DNA of 45,775 nucleotides from Eubacteriales bacterium (GTDB lineage Bacteria > Bacillota > Clostridia > Oscillospirales > CAG-272): contig JBGVMO010000023.1 of assembly GCA_045124835.1 (NCBI GenBank), positions 1 to 45,775 on the forward strand. The letters are read 5' to 3'. Both the position numbers and the translations under genes were made by a program. Shown here in pieces: positions 17,400-26,130 of this stretch (positions are counted from its first letter, which is position 1; every line of letters starts with the position of its first letter). Under the pieces are notes generated by a model. The model did not search any database. It worked only from the letters and a program-made list of their open reading frames with translations, and was not told the origin of the DNA.

Positions 17400-17473
17400 T
17401 GCGGAATTGTGTAACGGTAGCACGACAGACTCTGACTCTGTTTGTTGGGGTTCGAATCCCTATTCCGCAGCCA
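17400..17473 (+). tRNA. tRNA-Gln (CTG)
   Basis: Acceptor TGCGGAA/TTCCGCA, anticodon arm ACAGA-CT-CTG-AC-TCTGT, T-loop GTTCGAATC, encoded CCA. Confidence 0.97.
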
Positions 17474-17507
17474 AAAAATCCTCGTTCTTCGGAACGAGGA
17501 TTTTTTT
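17473..17507 (+). terminator. Rho-independent terminator after the tRNA
   Basis: AAAAAATCCTCGTTC-TTCG-GAACGAGGATTTTTTT. Confidence 0.92.
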
Positions 17508-17712
17508 ATCCAAGCCGCAGGCTTGGCATATCATTGAATGTATAACTCGCCTGCGGCGAGATATACATTCGTATATCATCAGGGGCGGCAAGCCGCCCTT
17601 GTATCTCATCACGCGCCAGCGTGCATTTCCCTGCGGCTTGATGATATACAAGGCTTACGCCTTGGTGATATACAATGCTTCGCATTGATGATATCCACGG
17701 CTTTGCCGTGAT
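17508..17712. repeat. Multi-hairpin array with conserved ATATCAT/ATGATAT linkers (REP/BIME-like element or structured RNA)
   Basis: Seven distinct hairpins separated by (G/C)TATATCATC-like linkers that switch orientation mid-array; see findings. Confidence 0.8.
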
Positions 17713-17862
17713 TTTTGGGGCGTTCTATTCCGCTACACTTGCCCCGATCATATCAAAGCGTTTGGAGGGTTGTCCCTCTTTTTTTCTTGCCCTGCGGCGT
17801 TTTATGCCGCGAAAGGCTCTTGACACGAGAAGGAGCGTGGTAGGCTATCCGCCAAGGCAAAC

Positions 17863-18049
17863 AAACAATCCCGAAATATGGTATGCCACCAATATGGAAA
17901 TTCACGATTATGTAGAGGCATACAAGAGCCTGATTTACAGCGCAGACGGCTATACGGTATACAATCCCACATTGATTGATCTTTGGTTCGATGTTGACGG
18001 TGTTTTGTACGAGATTGGCTCGGGCAAAACGCTGAGAATCAAGGAGTAA
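17863..18049 (+). pseudogene. Orphan C-terminal fragment resembling clostridial polysaccharide deacetylase-family proteins
   Basis: NNPEIWYATNMEIHDYVEAYKSLIYSADG..VYNPT..DLWF.VDG; no catalytic N-terminal domain or RBS; followed by a terminator. Confidence 0.55.
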
Positions 18050-18083
18050 AGCGCATACCTAAGCTGCACTTGACTAATATAGC

Positions 18084-18121
18084 AGAACACAGACCTCTTT
18101 TTGTGGTCTGTGTTCTTTTTT
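18084..18121. terminator. Terminator between convergent units
   Basis: AGAACACAGACC / GGTCTGTGTTCT followed by a T-tract. Confidence 0.8.
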
Positions 18122-18151
18122 GGTGGGCGCGGTGCAAGGCGCAAAATCCCA

Positions 18152-19591
18152 TCAAAGCTTTTCTATCTTATCGGGGTAAGGCTCTACTCTTACGTCGTTC
18201 TTGCCAAGGCGCAGAAAGAGGCGGAAAAAGGCCTTGGGCGCGAAGGGGATGAGGGGATAGAGATAGCTTTTTCCACCGTTGACCGTTTTGTTGAAAAAGA
18301 GAAGCAGGGGGATGACGAGGCCGAAGCCGACAAAGCCCCAAAGGCCGAAAAGGGCGGTAAGGGCAAGCCATATCATCCGAAGCAGCTTGACGGCGTAGCC
18401 AAGCTCTCGGTTTTGCTGGGTGAAGCCTGCGATGGCGACGATGGCCATATAAAAAATTACGTCCGTTGAGAGCCAGCCGATATCCACCGCGAACTCGCCG
18501 AGAATCAAGCCGCCGATGATGCTGAGCGAATTGGTTAGCATACTTGGAGTATTCATCGAGGCGAGCTTGAGCCCGTCAATCGCAAGCTCGGCAAGATATA
18601 TTTGCAAAAGAAGCGGGAGTCTGCCCGTCTCCTTTGGCACGAAGATATCAAGCCACGGGGGGAGCACGGCGGCGTTTTGTACCAAAAGATACCACGCGGG
18701 CAAAAGGAAGAGGGCCATCCAGAAAACGAAATGCCGAATCATGCGCAGATAACACCCCGTTACCAAGGGAAAATAATAATCGTCCGTTTCCTGCATAAAG
18801 TCAAAAATGGTGGTGGGAAGCACCATTACCTGCGGCGAATTGTCGCAAAGGATAAGCACCCTTCCCTCCATCAGCTCTGCCGCGGCGGCATCGGGGCGCT
18901 CCAAGTACCGTATTTTCGGAAAAGGGTTATACCAGCGGCGGCGTATCAGGCATTCAGCAAGGCTTTGCGCCCCCATCGTGAGCGATTCGGGATGAACGGA
19001 GCGAAGTTTTCCTATCAGCCATTTCACATATTTGGCGTCTGCCTTGCCCTTGATATAGCTGACAACCACATCGGTACGCGAGCTTCCGCCTAAATTCTCA
19101 TAATGCATCACGAGGCGCGGGTCGCGGATGCGACGGCGGATGAGCGCCGTATTGAAAATCAGGGTTTCGACAAAGCCGTCGTGCGCCCCCTGCATCACCC
19201 TGTCGCTATCGGGCTCCTCGGTTTGCCTTGCGGGATAGGTACGGCTGTCAATCACAACGGCAGAGGCGCCGAAGCCCTCTCCTATCATCACGGAGGCCCC
19301 CGACAAAACGGCGGTTATAAGCGGCTCGATTTCCGAAATGACGTCCACCTCAACGTAGGGCAGGTTGACAGAGGCAAAGGTTTGGGCGTCCGGCAGGCTC
19401 TTCAAGCCCATAAAGTGCTGCATAAGCTTCTGCATCACCCCATCCTTCGTGAAGCCGTCAATATAGAAAAGAGCCGCCTTATCCTTCCCTATCAATATTT
19501 CACGGCAAATGACGTCAAAGCTATCCTCGGGAGCAAGGCGCAGCTTCAAAAACGCAAGATTTTCCTTATAATTTTCCGTTAGCCTTTGCAT
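18152..19591 (-). CDS. GerA/SpoVAF-family spore germination protein
   Basis: SFDVI.R, YPAR..EEP..D.V..G..DGFVETLIFNTALIRRRIRDP.L, ERPD, C-terminal TM region with SYLYPLIPF. Start ATG 19591. Confidence 0.9.
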   Translation of the reverse strand: MQRLTENYKENLAFLKLRLAPEDSFDVICREILIGKDKAALFYIDGFTKDGVMQKLMQHFMGLKSLPDAQTFASVNLPYVEVDVISEIEPLITAVLSGASVMIGEGFGASAVVIDSRTYPARQTEEPDSDRVMQGAHDGFVETLIFNTALIRRRIRDPRLVMHYENLGGSSRTDVVVSYIKGKADAKYVKWLIGKLRSVHPESLTMGAQSLAECLIRRRWYNPFPKIRYLERPDAAAAELMEGRVLILCDNSPQVMVLPTTIFDFMQETDDYYFPLVTGCYLRMIRHFVFWMALFLLPAWYLLVQNAAVLPPWLDIFVPKETGRLPLLLQIYLAELAIDGLKLASMNTPSMLTNSLSIIGGLILGEFAVDIGWLSTDVIFYMAIVAIAGFTQQNRELGYAVKLLRMIWLALTALFGLWGFVGFGLVIPLLLFFNKTVNGGKSYLYPLIPFAPKAFFRLFLRLGKNDVRVEPYPDKIEKL

Positions 19592-19621
19592 AAAATTCCT
19601 TTCCTTCTGTTTATTGAAAAC

Positions 19622-19660
19622 AAAAAAGCATCTTCCATTTTGTAGTATGGAAAATGCTTT
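19622..19660 (-). terminator. Probable terminator of the MFS-GDPD-methyltransferase operon
   Basis: AAAGCAT.TTCCAT / ATGGAA.ATGCTTT with an A-tract on the left. Confidence 0.6.
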
Positions 19661-19687
19661 CATTTTTATTCTTGTTTATACAAGGCT

Positions 19688-20809
19688 TTATTTTTTGTTT
19701 TGGAAATATTGATAGAGGGTGCAGGGGATCATACCGTTATACAGCTTTCTCACCTTATCGGCGCGGCGGCCGTAATAGCGCTCAAACTCCTTATCCGAAG
19801 TGATAACGTACACCTGCCAGGGTGCAAGCTCACGGAAGCAGGGGCCAAGCTGCCGATAGAGCGCTCTTGCCTCCTCAAGCGTTCCAAGCCGCTCTCCGTA
19901 GGGAGGATTGGTGACAATAGTGCCGCGGCGGTCAAGCTTTTTAATAAGGCGCGCGTCGGCCTCAAAGCAACGGACGCTATCGGAAAGGCCCGCCCTTTTG
20001 ACGTTGGCCTCGGCAAGAGAAACGGCGCGCGGGTCAATATCGCTGGCAAAGGCCTCAAAGCCGTTATTCTCCTCTAAATCAAGCGCCTCCTCACGCGCGC
20101 GCTGCCAAGCACCGCTCGGAATAGCGGAAAAATCCATAGCGGCAAAGGCGCGCTTTTTACCGGGCGCAATTTTTTTGGCAATCATCGCGCCCTCAATGGC
20201 AATGGTGCCCGACCCACACAGCGGGTCCCACAAAAGCACGTGCGGCAGGGGGCGGGAAATGGCGGCAATGGCGGCGGCCAAGGTTTCTCTGATGGGTGCA
20301 TCGTTCGCTTCGATACGGTAGCCTCTTTTGTGCAGGGGCACGCCCGTGGTATCAATCATCAGGGAGGCCTCATCCTTCAATATAAAGAATTCCACCTGAT
20401 ATTTAACGCCGCTTTCCTCAAACCAAGAAAGGCCGTATTGCCGCTTCAAGCGCTCAACTATCGCCTTTTTGACGATTTTCTGACAGTCGGGCACGGAAAA
20501 AAGCTTGGAATGAATGGCGTGTCCCTTGACGGGAAAGGCATCGCTCTTCCCTATCCACATCTCCCAGGGTAAGTCCTTCGTGCCTTCAAAAAGCGCATCA
20601 AAGCTTTCGGCGCGAAAATGACCAAGACGGATATAGACGCGCTCGGCAAAGCGCAGATTGACGTTGGCACGGGCAATGCCGTCCTCGTCAGCCTGAAAGA
20701 AAACGCGGCCGTCTATCGTTCCCGTGCGGTGAAAGCCCAAGGCGTCTATTTCCTCGCCAAGCAATCTTTCCAAGCCGAAAAGACAGGTTGCGACAAGCTC
20801 AAAGGTCAT
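19688..20809 (-). CDS. rlmL: THUMP-domain class I SAM-dependent 23S rRNA methyltransferase (RlmL/YpsC-like)
   Basis: ATCLFGLE, DTTG.PLHKRGYR, APIRETLAAA, DPLCGSGTIAIE, TNPPYGER, KLYNG. Confidence 0.9.
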   Translation of the reverse strand: MTFELVATCLFGLERLLGEEIDALGFHRTGTIDGRVFFQADEDGIARANVNLRFAERVYIRLGHFRAESFDALFEGTKDLPWEMWIGKSDAFPVKGHAIHSKLFSVPDCQKIVKKAIVERLKRQYGLSWFEESGVKYQVEFFILKDEASLMIDTTGVPLHKRGYRIEANDAPIRETLAAAIAAISRPLPHVLLWDPLCGSGTIAIEGAMIAKKIAPGKKRAFAAMDFSAIPSGAWQRAREEALDLEENNGFEAFASDIDPRAVSLAEANVKRAGLSDSVRCFEADARLIKKLDRRGTIVTNPPYGERLGTLEEARALYRQLGPCFRELAPWQVYVITSDKEFERYYGRRADKVRKLYNGMIPCTLYQYFQNKK

Positions 20810-21642
20810 ACTGTGTCTCCTTTTATGGCACCGAGAACATCCTCCTCAATGCTTTCAAAAATAACGGTGTCCGCACCCTTGGCCTTTAATAGCTCTTCTT
20901 TTTTCCTTACCGTCCAAGCCACCCGATAGGGCCGCCAGAGGAATGAAAGGCGAAGAGGGAGCGAGGCGGTATGCTCAATATCGTAGGCCATAAAATCGGG
21001 ACGCGCATAGACATTCAAGAGCAAAAGCGAAAGCACGAGCATCGCCGCCGAGCGACCCGTTTTCTTGTTAAAGACCCAAGAATACAGCTGTCCGCGCACA
21101 ACGGCGGGACGGTGCCGACGAAACCAACCGACAATCAGGGGGTGAAAGGACTCTATCATATAGTCGCCCTTATAGCCGTCTAAAATCGCGGCGGTTTTTT
21201 CGCAAAGAAGGGTTCTTTGATACTCACTTTTCAGCTCGATTAAAAGAGGCACCCTGCCGCCAACCAGCTCCAAGACCTCCTTCAAGGTGGGAACACCGTC
21301 CTCTGTTTCGGAAAGAGAAAGAGAGGCAAGCTCCTTGACCGTTTTTTCACGCACGCGGGCATCAACCCCCGTTACACGCTTCAGATGGTCATCGTGGAAA
21401 ACGACGACCTCACCGTCCTTGGAGAGCTGCACATCAAGCTCGATACCGACCCCCGCCTTGACAGCCGCAGCAAAGGCGGAAAGCGAATTTTCGGCAAATT
21501 TCTTGCTCCAAAGCCCACGGTGCGCATAGGCAGCGTGCATAAAGGGCACGGCCGCTCTTCTCCTTGCCCCCGTCATCAAAAGAAGGAGATACAGAAGAAA
21601 AAGCGAGGCAAGCGCTACGAGGACGTAAAATATAGCAGGCAT
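20806..21642 (-). CDS. Glycerophosphodiester phosphodiesterase (GDPD), N-terminal membrane anchor
   Basis: AHRGL…ENS..AF, IELDVQLSKDG.VVVFHD, PTL.EVL, IELK, AWTV. Confidence 0.92.
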   Translation of the reverse strand: MPAIFYVLVALASLFLLYLLLLMTGARRRAAVPFMHAAYAHRGLWSKKFAENSLSAFAAAVKAGVGIELDVQLSKDGEVVVFHDDHLKRVTGVDARVREKTVKELASLSLSETEDGVPTLKEVLELVGGRVPLLIELKSEYQRTLLCEKTAAILDGYKGDYMIESFHPLIVGWFRRHRPAVVRGQLYSWVFNKKTGRSAAMLVLSLLLLNVYARPDFMAYDIEHTASLPLRLSFLWRPYRVAWTVRKKEELLKAKGADTVIFESIEEDVLGAIKGDTV

Positions 21643-21684
21643 TTTTGTTTCCTTTCAAATGCACAAGGTAAAGACGGCTTTCAA

Positions 21685-23058
21685 TCAATCTGCCGCATCA
21701 AAGCTTTCAAGCACACTTCTCTTTTCGGCCTTGACGTCACCGTGCTTCACGAAGCACATAGAGACGGCGGCAAGCACCATAAAGATGGCGGCATAGGGGA
21801 ACAGGATTCGGTAGCCGAAGTCAGGATAGGCCTTGCGGACGGCAGAAATCAGGAAGCCTGACACAATGGGAGTTGCCACCTGAGCGGCCATAGAAAAGGC
21901 GTAATAATAGCCCGTGTACTTACCGACATCCTCCTCACTGCTGATTTGCACAGCCATCGGGAAGGAGTTGACGTTAATGGCGGCCCAACCGATGCCGACC
22001 ATAGCGAAGACCACGTAAAAGACGATTTTGGCAGAGGCGAAGAGCGCCGCATCCATAAAGGTGGCGGCGATAAAGCCCGAAAGCATCAGGCCAATACCGA
22101 TGAAAATAACGGGACGGCGGCCGATTCTCGAGGAAAGGGCGCCAACGGGAATAAAGGCAATAGCGGCGGCAACGAGGGCAACGAGAGTAAAGCCCGAGGA
22201 CTCGGAAACGCCGATATGAAAGACGTTTTCACAGTAGCGGGAGATGGCGGTGGTGACACCGTTATAGGCCATAAACCAAAGGAACACGGAAAGAAGGATA
22301 AAAAGAAGCGAGCGTCTGCTTTCCTTCTGGCTGACGGCAAGATGGACGGTTTTGGGCGCGTCCTTCTCGGAGTCTTCAATTTCCTGACGAACGAGCGCTG
22401 CTGTTTTCCTTTCCCTGACGGTCAGAAGGAAAATGCCAACGGCCAGAAGCATAAAAGCGGCAAGCGCCAGAATGACGGGAAGGTAGACCGTGCTTGAGGC
22501 AGGGGCACTCGTTCCGTCCGGCAGCTTTTCCTTTTTCACCAACAGCATCACGAGAACGAGGGAAACACCGCCGCCAACCGTTCCCATCAGGTTGATGATG
22601 GCGTTCGCGCGGCTACGCAGGGGCGCCGGCGTCAAATCGGGCATCAGGGCAACGGCAGGAGAGCGATAGGTGCTCATCGCGAGAAGCAGAAGGAAGAGGG
22701 CGATGAAGAAGATGGGAAAATTGTCAATTTTTTCGGCAATGCCCATCAAAGCGAGGAAAAGAACGGCTAAAAGGGTTCCGCCCACGATATAGGGCGTTCT
22801 TTTGCCAAGGCGCGTGGCCGTTCTATCCGAAAGCGTACCAAAAAGAGGCAAAAGAAAGAGTGCCAATATGTTGTCAAAGGACATAATAACGTTGGTAACG
22901 GCCGTTTTACTTCCCTGTCCAAAAATAGCCTCCAGCGTATCGCCAAAGGAAAATTCGAGCAGATAGGGAATAACCTGATCATAAAACTGCCAGAAAGCCG
23001 AGATAGACAAGAACGCAAGGCCGATAAAAATAGTTCTTTTTACATTTAATTTACCCAT
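21685..23058 (-). CDS. MFS transporter (SLC45/glycoside-cation symporter-like)
   Basis: LSDRT.TRLGKRTPY, YRSPAVALMPD, ~12 TM helices. Start ATG 23058. Confidence 0.9.
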   Translation of the reverse strand: MGKLNVKRTIFIGLAFLSISAFWQFYDQVIPYLLEFSFGDTLEAIFGQGSKTAVTNVIMSFDNILALFLLPLFGTLSDRTATRLGKRTPYIVGGTLLAVLFLALMGIAEKIDNFPIFFIALFLLLLAMSTYRSPAVALMPDLTPAPLRSRANAIINLMGTVGGGVSLVLVMLLVKKEKLPDGTSAPASSTVYLPVILALAAFMLLAVGIFLLTVRERKTAALVRQEIEDSEKDAPKTVHLAVSQKESRRSLLFILLSVFLWFMAYNGVTTAISRYCENVFHIGVSESSGFTLVALVAAAIAFIPVGALSSRIGRRPVIFIGIGLMLSGFIAATFMDAALFASAKIVFYVVFAMVGIGWAAINVNSFPMAVQISSEEDVGKYTGYYYAFSMAAQVATPIVSGFLISAVRKAYPDFGYRILFPYAAIFMVLAAVSMCFVKHGDVKAEKRSVLESFDAAD

Positions 23059-23186
23059 TGCCAAAAACCGCCTTTTGTAAAATTTATACACCGTTATTTT
23101 ACCATAGCTTTCCCTTCTTGTCAATGAGAAAAAGAGGGAAAGAAGAAAGAGAAAGCGGCCAAAGAGAGTAAAGCGCCTCTCTTCCC

Positions 23187-23215
23187 TTGACAAGCACGGA
23201 AAGCTATGCTATACT
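23187..23215 (+). promoter_or_regulatory. Sigma-A promoter for ribF-prmA-rsmE
   Basis: TTGACA N17 TATACT with TG extension. Confidence 0.75.
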
Positions 23216-23274
23216 TAAAGAAGGCTTTTTTCCAAAGCCTTGTTCTTGATATTTCGACAGAAAAGAGGGCTTTT

Positions 23275-24183
23275 ATGCTTTCCATTCTTTCCTTGCCCTG
23301 TGCCCCCGTTTCCTTTGAAACGGTGACGGCGCTCGGCTTTTTCGACGGCGTTCATCGCGGCCATCGAGCGCTTCTTGACGCGACCGTGCGCTTGGCAAGC
23401 TCTCTTGGCGTTAAGCCCGCCGTTTTTACCTTTTCGGGCACCTTTAAGGGCAAAGCGCCCCTGACCGACGAAAGCACGCGGCTTCGTCTGCTTGAGGAGG
23501 CGGGCATCGAAGCCGTTTTTTTGGTTGATTTCGATGCCGTTCGTTCCCTTTCACCCGAGGATTTTGTAAAGAACTGTTTACAAGGCGTTTGCCGCGCTCG
23601 TGCGGCCGTTTGCGGCTTTAATTTCAGATTCGGCAAAAACGCCTCGGCAACGGCCGAGAATTTGCTTTCGCTGCTTCCCTCCTCGCTTATCATCCCTGCG
23701 ATATATGAAAGCGGAGAGGTGATTTCCTCCTCGCGCATCCGCGCGCTTTTGAAGGCGGGTGCGGTTGAAGAGGCGGCACTATTGCTTGGGCGGCCTTATT
23801 CGCTTACGGGCGAGGTTTTGCGCGGCAAGGCGCTTGGCAAGACTTGGGGCTTTCCAACGGCCAACATGAAGCCCCGTGCGCTTTTACCTGCACCTGCCGT
23901 TTACGCAACGGAGATTTTTATCGGTGAAAAGCGCTACCCTGCCATTACGGACGTTGGCACGCGCCCGACGGTTGAGGGCGCGGGAGAGACCCGTATGGAG
24001 ACGCACATTCCCGCCTTTTCGGGCGATTTGTACGGAAAGACGCTTTCCGTTTCCTTCATCAAGCGCCTGCGCGACGAGAAGAAATTTCCCTCCGCAGAGG
24101 CGCTTTGCGCGCAGCTAACCTTGGACGTTGCCGCGCTTAACACAATTTTTGACGATACCGAGAAAGGAAAAAACAACCAATGA
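23275..24183 (+). CDS. ribF: Bifunctional riboflavin kinase / FAD synthetase
   Basis: LGFFDGVHRGH, GFNFRFG, ISSSRIR, GFPTAN, GTRPT, LRDEKKF. Confidence 0.95.
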   Translation: MLSILSLPCAPVSFETVTALGFFDGVHRGHRALLDATVRLASSLGVKPAVFTFSGTFKGKAPLTDESTRLRLLEEAGIEAVFLVDFDAVRSLSPEDFVKNCLQGVCRARAAVCGFNFRFGKNASATAENLLSLLPSSLIIPAIYESGEVISSSRIRALLKAGAVEEAALLLGRPYSLTGEVLRGKALGKTWGFPTANMKPRALLPAPAVYATEIFIGEKRYPAITDVGTRPTVEGAGETRMETHIPAFSGDLYGKTLSVSFIKRLRDEKKFPSAEALCAQLTLDVAALNTIFDDTEKGKNNQ

Positions 24184-25103
24184 GCAACGAATGGATTAAG
24201 CTAACGCTTCGCGGCAAGAAGACGGACGAGGAGCTTCTTTGCGCGATGATGAGTATGCTTGAAAACGGCCTGATGATAGAGGATTACAGCGACGTGACGA
24301 CCGACGGGCTTTACGGCGCTTTGATTGACGAGGCGATTTTGAACGCCGACAAAACGCACATTGCGGTTTCCGTTTTTCTTCCTGCGGAGGAAAATCCCAG
24401 AGAGGCCATTGCCTTTATCAAGGACAGATTGCAGGAAACGGGCGTTGAAGGCGCGCTTTCCACCGAGGGCATGAAGGAGGAGGACTGGGCAGAGGCCTGG
24501 AAGCAATACTACCACCCCATTCCCTTGGGCCGCGTGACCGTTGTTCCCGCTTGGGAGGAATACACTCCCTCCGAAAACGAGGCCATTATCCGCATGGATC
24601 CCGGCATGGCCTTCGGCACGGGAACGCACGAAACCACCCGTCTTGTCATGCTTTTGATGCAAGAGGCTCTTTCGGGCGGCGAGCGCGTGCTTGACGTTGG
24701 CACGGGAAGCGGCATTCTTGCCCTTTGCGCCTCAAAGCTTGGCGCTGCCTCTGTGCTTGCCACGGATATTGACCCTGTGGCCGTTCGCGTTGCCGAGGAG
24801 AACGTTGCTTCCGACGGAGCAAAGAATATCACCTGCATCGTTTCGGATTTGGTTAAGGACGTTTCTATCGAAAACGGCCGTTACGATTTCGTTTTAGCCA
24901 ACATCGTGGCCGATATCGTGCTTCGCCTGATTCCCGCACTTCCTGCTTGCACAACGAAAAACGCCAAGGCGATTTTCTCGGGCATTATCGAGCCTCGCCG
25001 CAAGGACGTTGAGGCGGCGCTTGCGGAAAACGGCTGGGAAATTGATACGGTTGATACCGAGCGCGACTGGTGCGCCATTCTTGCGCATCGCAAGGAGGCC
25101 TGA
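24180..25103 (+). CDS. prmA: Ribosomal protein L11 methyltransferase
   Basis: EEDWAEAWKQYY, DPGMAFGTGTHETT, LDVGTGSGIL, ANIVAD. Confidence 0.96.
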   Translation: MSNEWIKLTLRGKKTDEELLCAMMSMLENGLMIEDYSDVTTDGLYGALIDEAILNADKTHIAVSVFLPAEENPREAIAFIKDRLQETGVEGALSTEGMKEEDWAEAWKQYYHPIPLGRVTVVPAWEEYTPSENEAIIRMDPGMAFGTGTHETTRLVMLLMQEALSGGERVLDVGTGSGILALCASKLGAASVLATDIDPVAVRVAEENVASDGAKNITCIVSDLVKDVSIENGRYDFVLANIVADIVLRLIPALPACTTKNAKAIFSGIIEPRRKDVEAALAENGWEIDTVDTERDWCAILAHRKEA

Positions 25104-25105
25104 CG

Positions 25106-25849
25106 ATGCCCCGCTTTTTCGTGTCTGCCGACAAAATTCAAGACGGTGTTGCGCTCTTAGAGGGTGAAAACGCCCACCATATTTCCTTCGCGCTTCGTAT
25201 GGCGGTGGGCGAGGAGATTACCCTTTCCGACGGAGAGGGAGGCCTTTATCTTTGCCGTCTTTGCGAGATGGACGGTGAAACGGTTAAGGCCACCGTCCTT
25301 GAAAGAAGAGAGGACGAGGGCGAGCTTCCCACCAAGATTTATCTGTATCAGGGCTATCCCAAGGCAGACAAGCTGGAATTTATCATTCAAAAGGCCGTGG
25401 AGCTTGGCGCTTACCGCATCGTGCCCTTTGAGAGCAGTCGATGCATTAAAAGGCCCAAGGCAGACAAAATCAGCCACACCCTTGCGCGCCAAAGCAAGAT
25501 TGCAGAGGAGGCCGCCAAGCAATGCGGCAGAGGCATCCTGCCCACCGTTTCAGCCCCCCTCTCCTTTTCCGATATGATAGCAGAATGCCAAAAGCATCCT
25601 CTCGCCCTTTTTTGTTACGAGGGCGAGGGCCCGCTTTTCATCCGCGAGAGACTTGCCCCTCTTCCAAAGGAGGCGCTTCCCTCCTCTATTGCGGTGATTG
25701 TCGGCAGTGAGGGCGGCTTTTCCGAAGGGGAGGCCGAGGAGGCAAAGGAGGCAGGACTTCTCTTGACGGGGCTTGGCCGACGGATACTGCGCTGTGAAAC
25801 GGCCTCGCTTTATGCGCTCTCGGTGCTTTCTGCTTTTTTTGAAAGATAA
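25106..25849 (+). CDS. rsmE: 16S rRNA m3U1498 methyltransferase
   Basis: MPRFF, QKAVELG, EAAKQCGR, GSEGGF, LGRRILRCETA; RBS AAGGAGG. Confidence 0.96.
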   Translation: MPRFFVSADKIQDGVALLEGENAHHISFALRMAVGEEITLSDGEGGLYLCRLCEMDGETVKATVLERREDEGELPTKIYLYQGYPKADKLEFIIQKAVELGAYRIVPFESSRCIKRPKADKISHTLARQSKIAEEAAKQCGRGILPTVSAPLSFSDMIAECQKHPLALFCYEGEGPLFIRERLAPLPKEALPSSIAVIVGSEGGFSEGEAEEAKEAGLLLTGLGRRILRCETASLYALSVLSAFFER

Positions 25850-25871
25850 TGCACCTTCATTTTTTGATAAC

Positions 25872-25913
25872 AAAAGCGGATTTTTGGTAAAAAAAGCCAG
25901 AAATCCGCTTTTT
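25872..25913 (+). terminator. Terminator after rsmE
   Basis: AAAAGCGGATTTTTGG…CCAGAAATCCGCTTTTT. Confidence 0.75.
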
Positions 25914-25968
25914 TGGCAACTTATACAAAACAAATAGTGAATTTTTATGAAATTTTTTCATTTTCCTA

Positions 25969-25997
25969 TTGCAAAATAACCAATTATCCGTTAAAAT
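25969..25997 (+). promoter_or_regulatory. Sigma-A promoter upstream of the CdaR-family gene
   Basis: TTGCAA N17 TAAAAT. Confidence 0.65.
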
Positions 25998-26130
25998 ATA
26001 GTGCAGGTTAAACAAATAAAAAGCAAAAGGTGTCGGCAAAAAACGAAATCCGACTTTCTCTCTTTTGCTGTTATTATCTATTCATAAAAGGAAAGGAAGC
26101 TTTTGCAAGGCAGAAGCTATGGTCGCAAAA

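Noticed and set aside
17221-17688. 155-aa ORF across the tRNA and hairpin array
   Set aside because: It overlaps a promoter, tRNA, terminator and repeat; spurious.
17508-17712. CRISPR array interpretation of the hairpin array
   Set aside because: The conserved units are only ~9-11 nt and change orientation, the variable parts are self-complementary, and no cas genes are nearby.
17400-18150. Prophage or genomic island integrated at tRNA-Gln
   Set aside because: No integrase is present, and I saw no duplicated tRNA 3' end (att site) elsewhere in the window.
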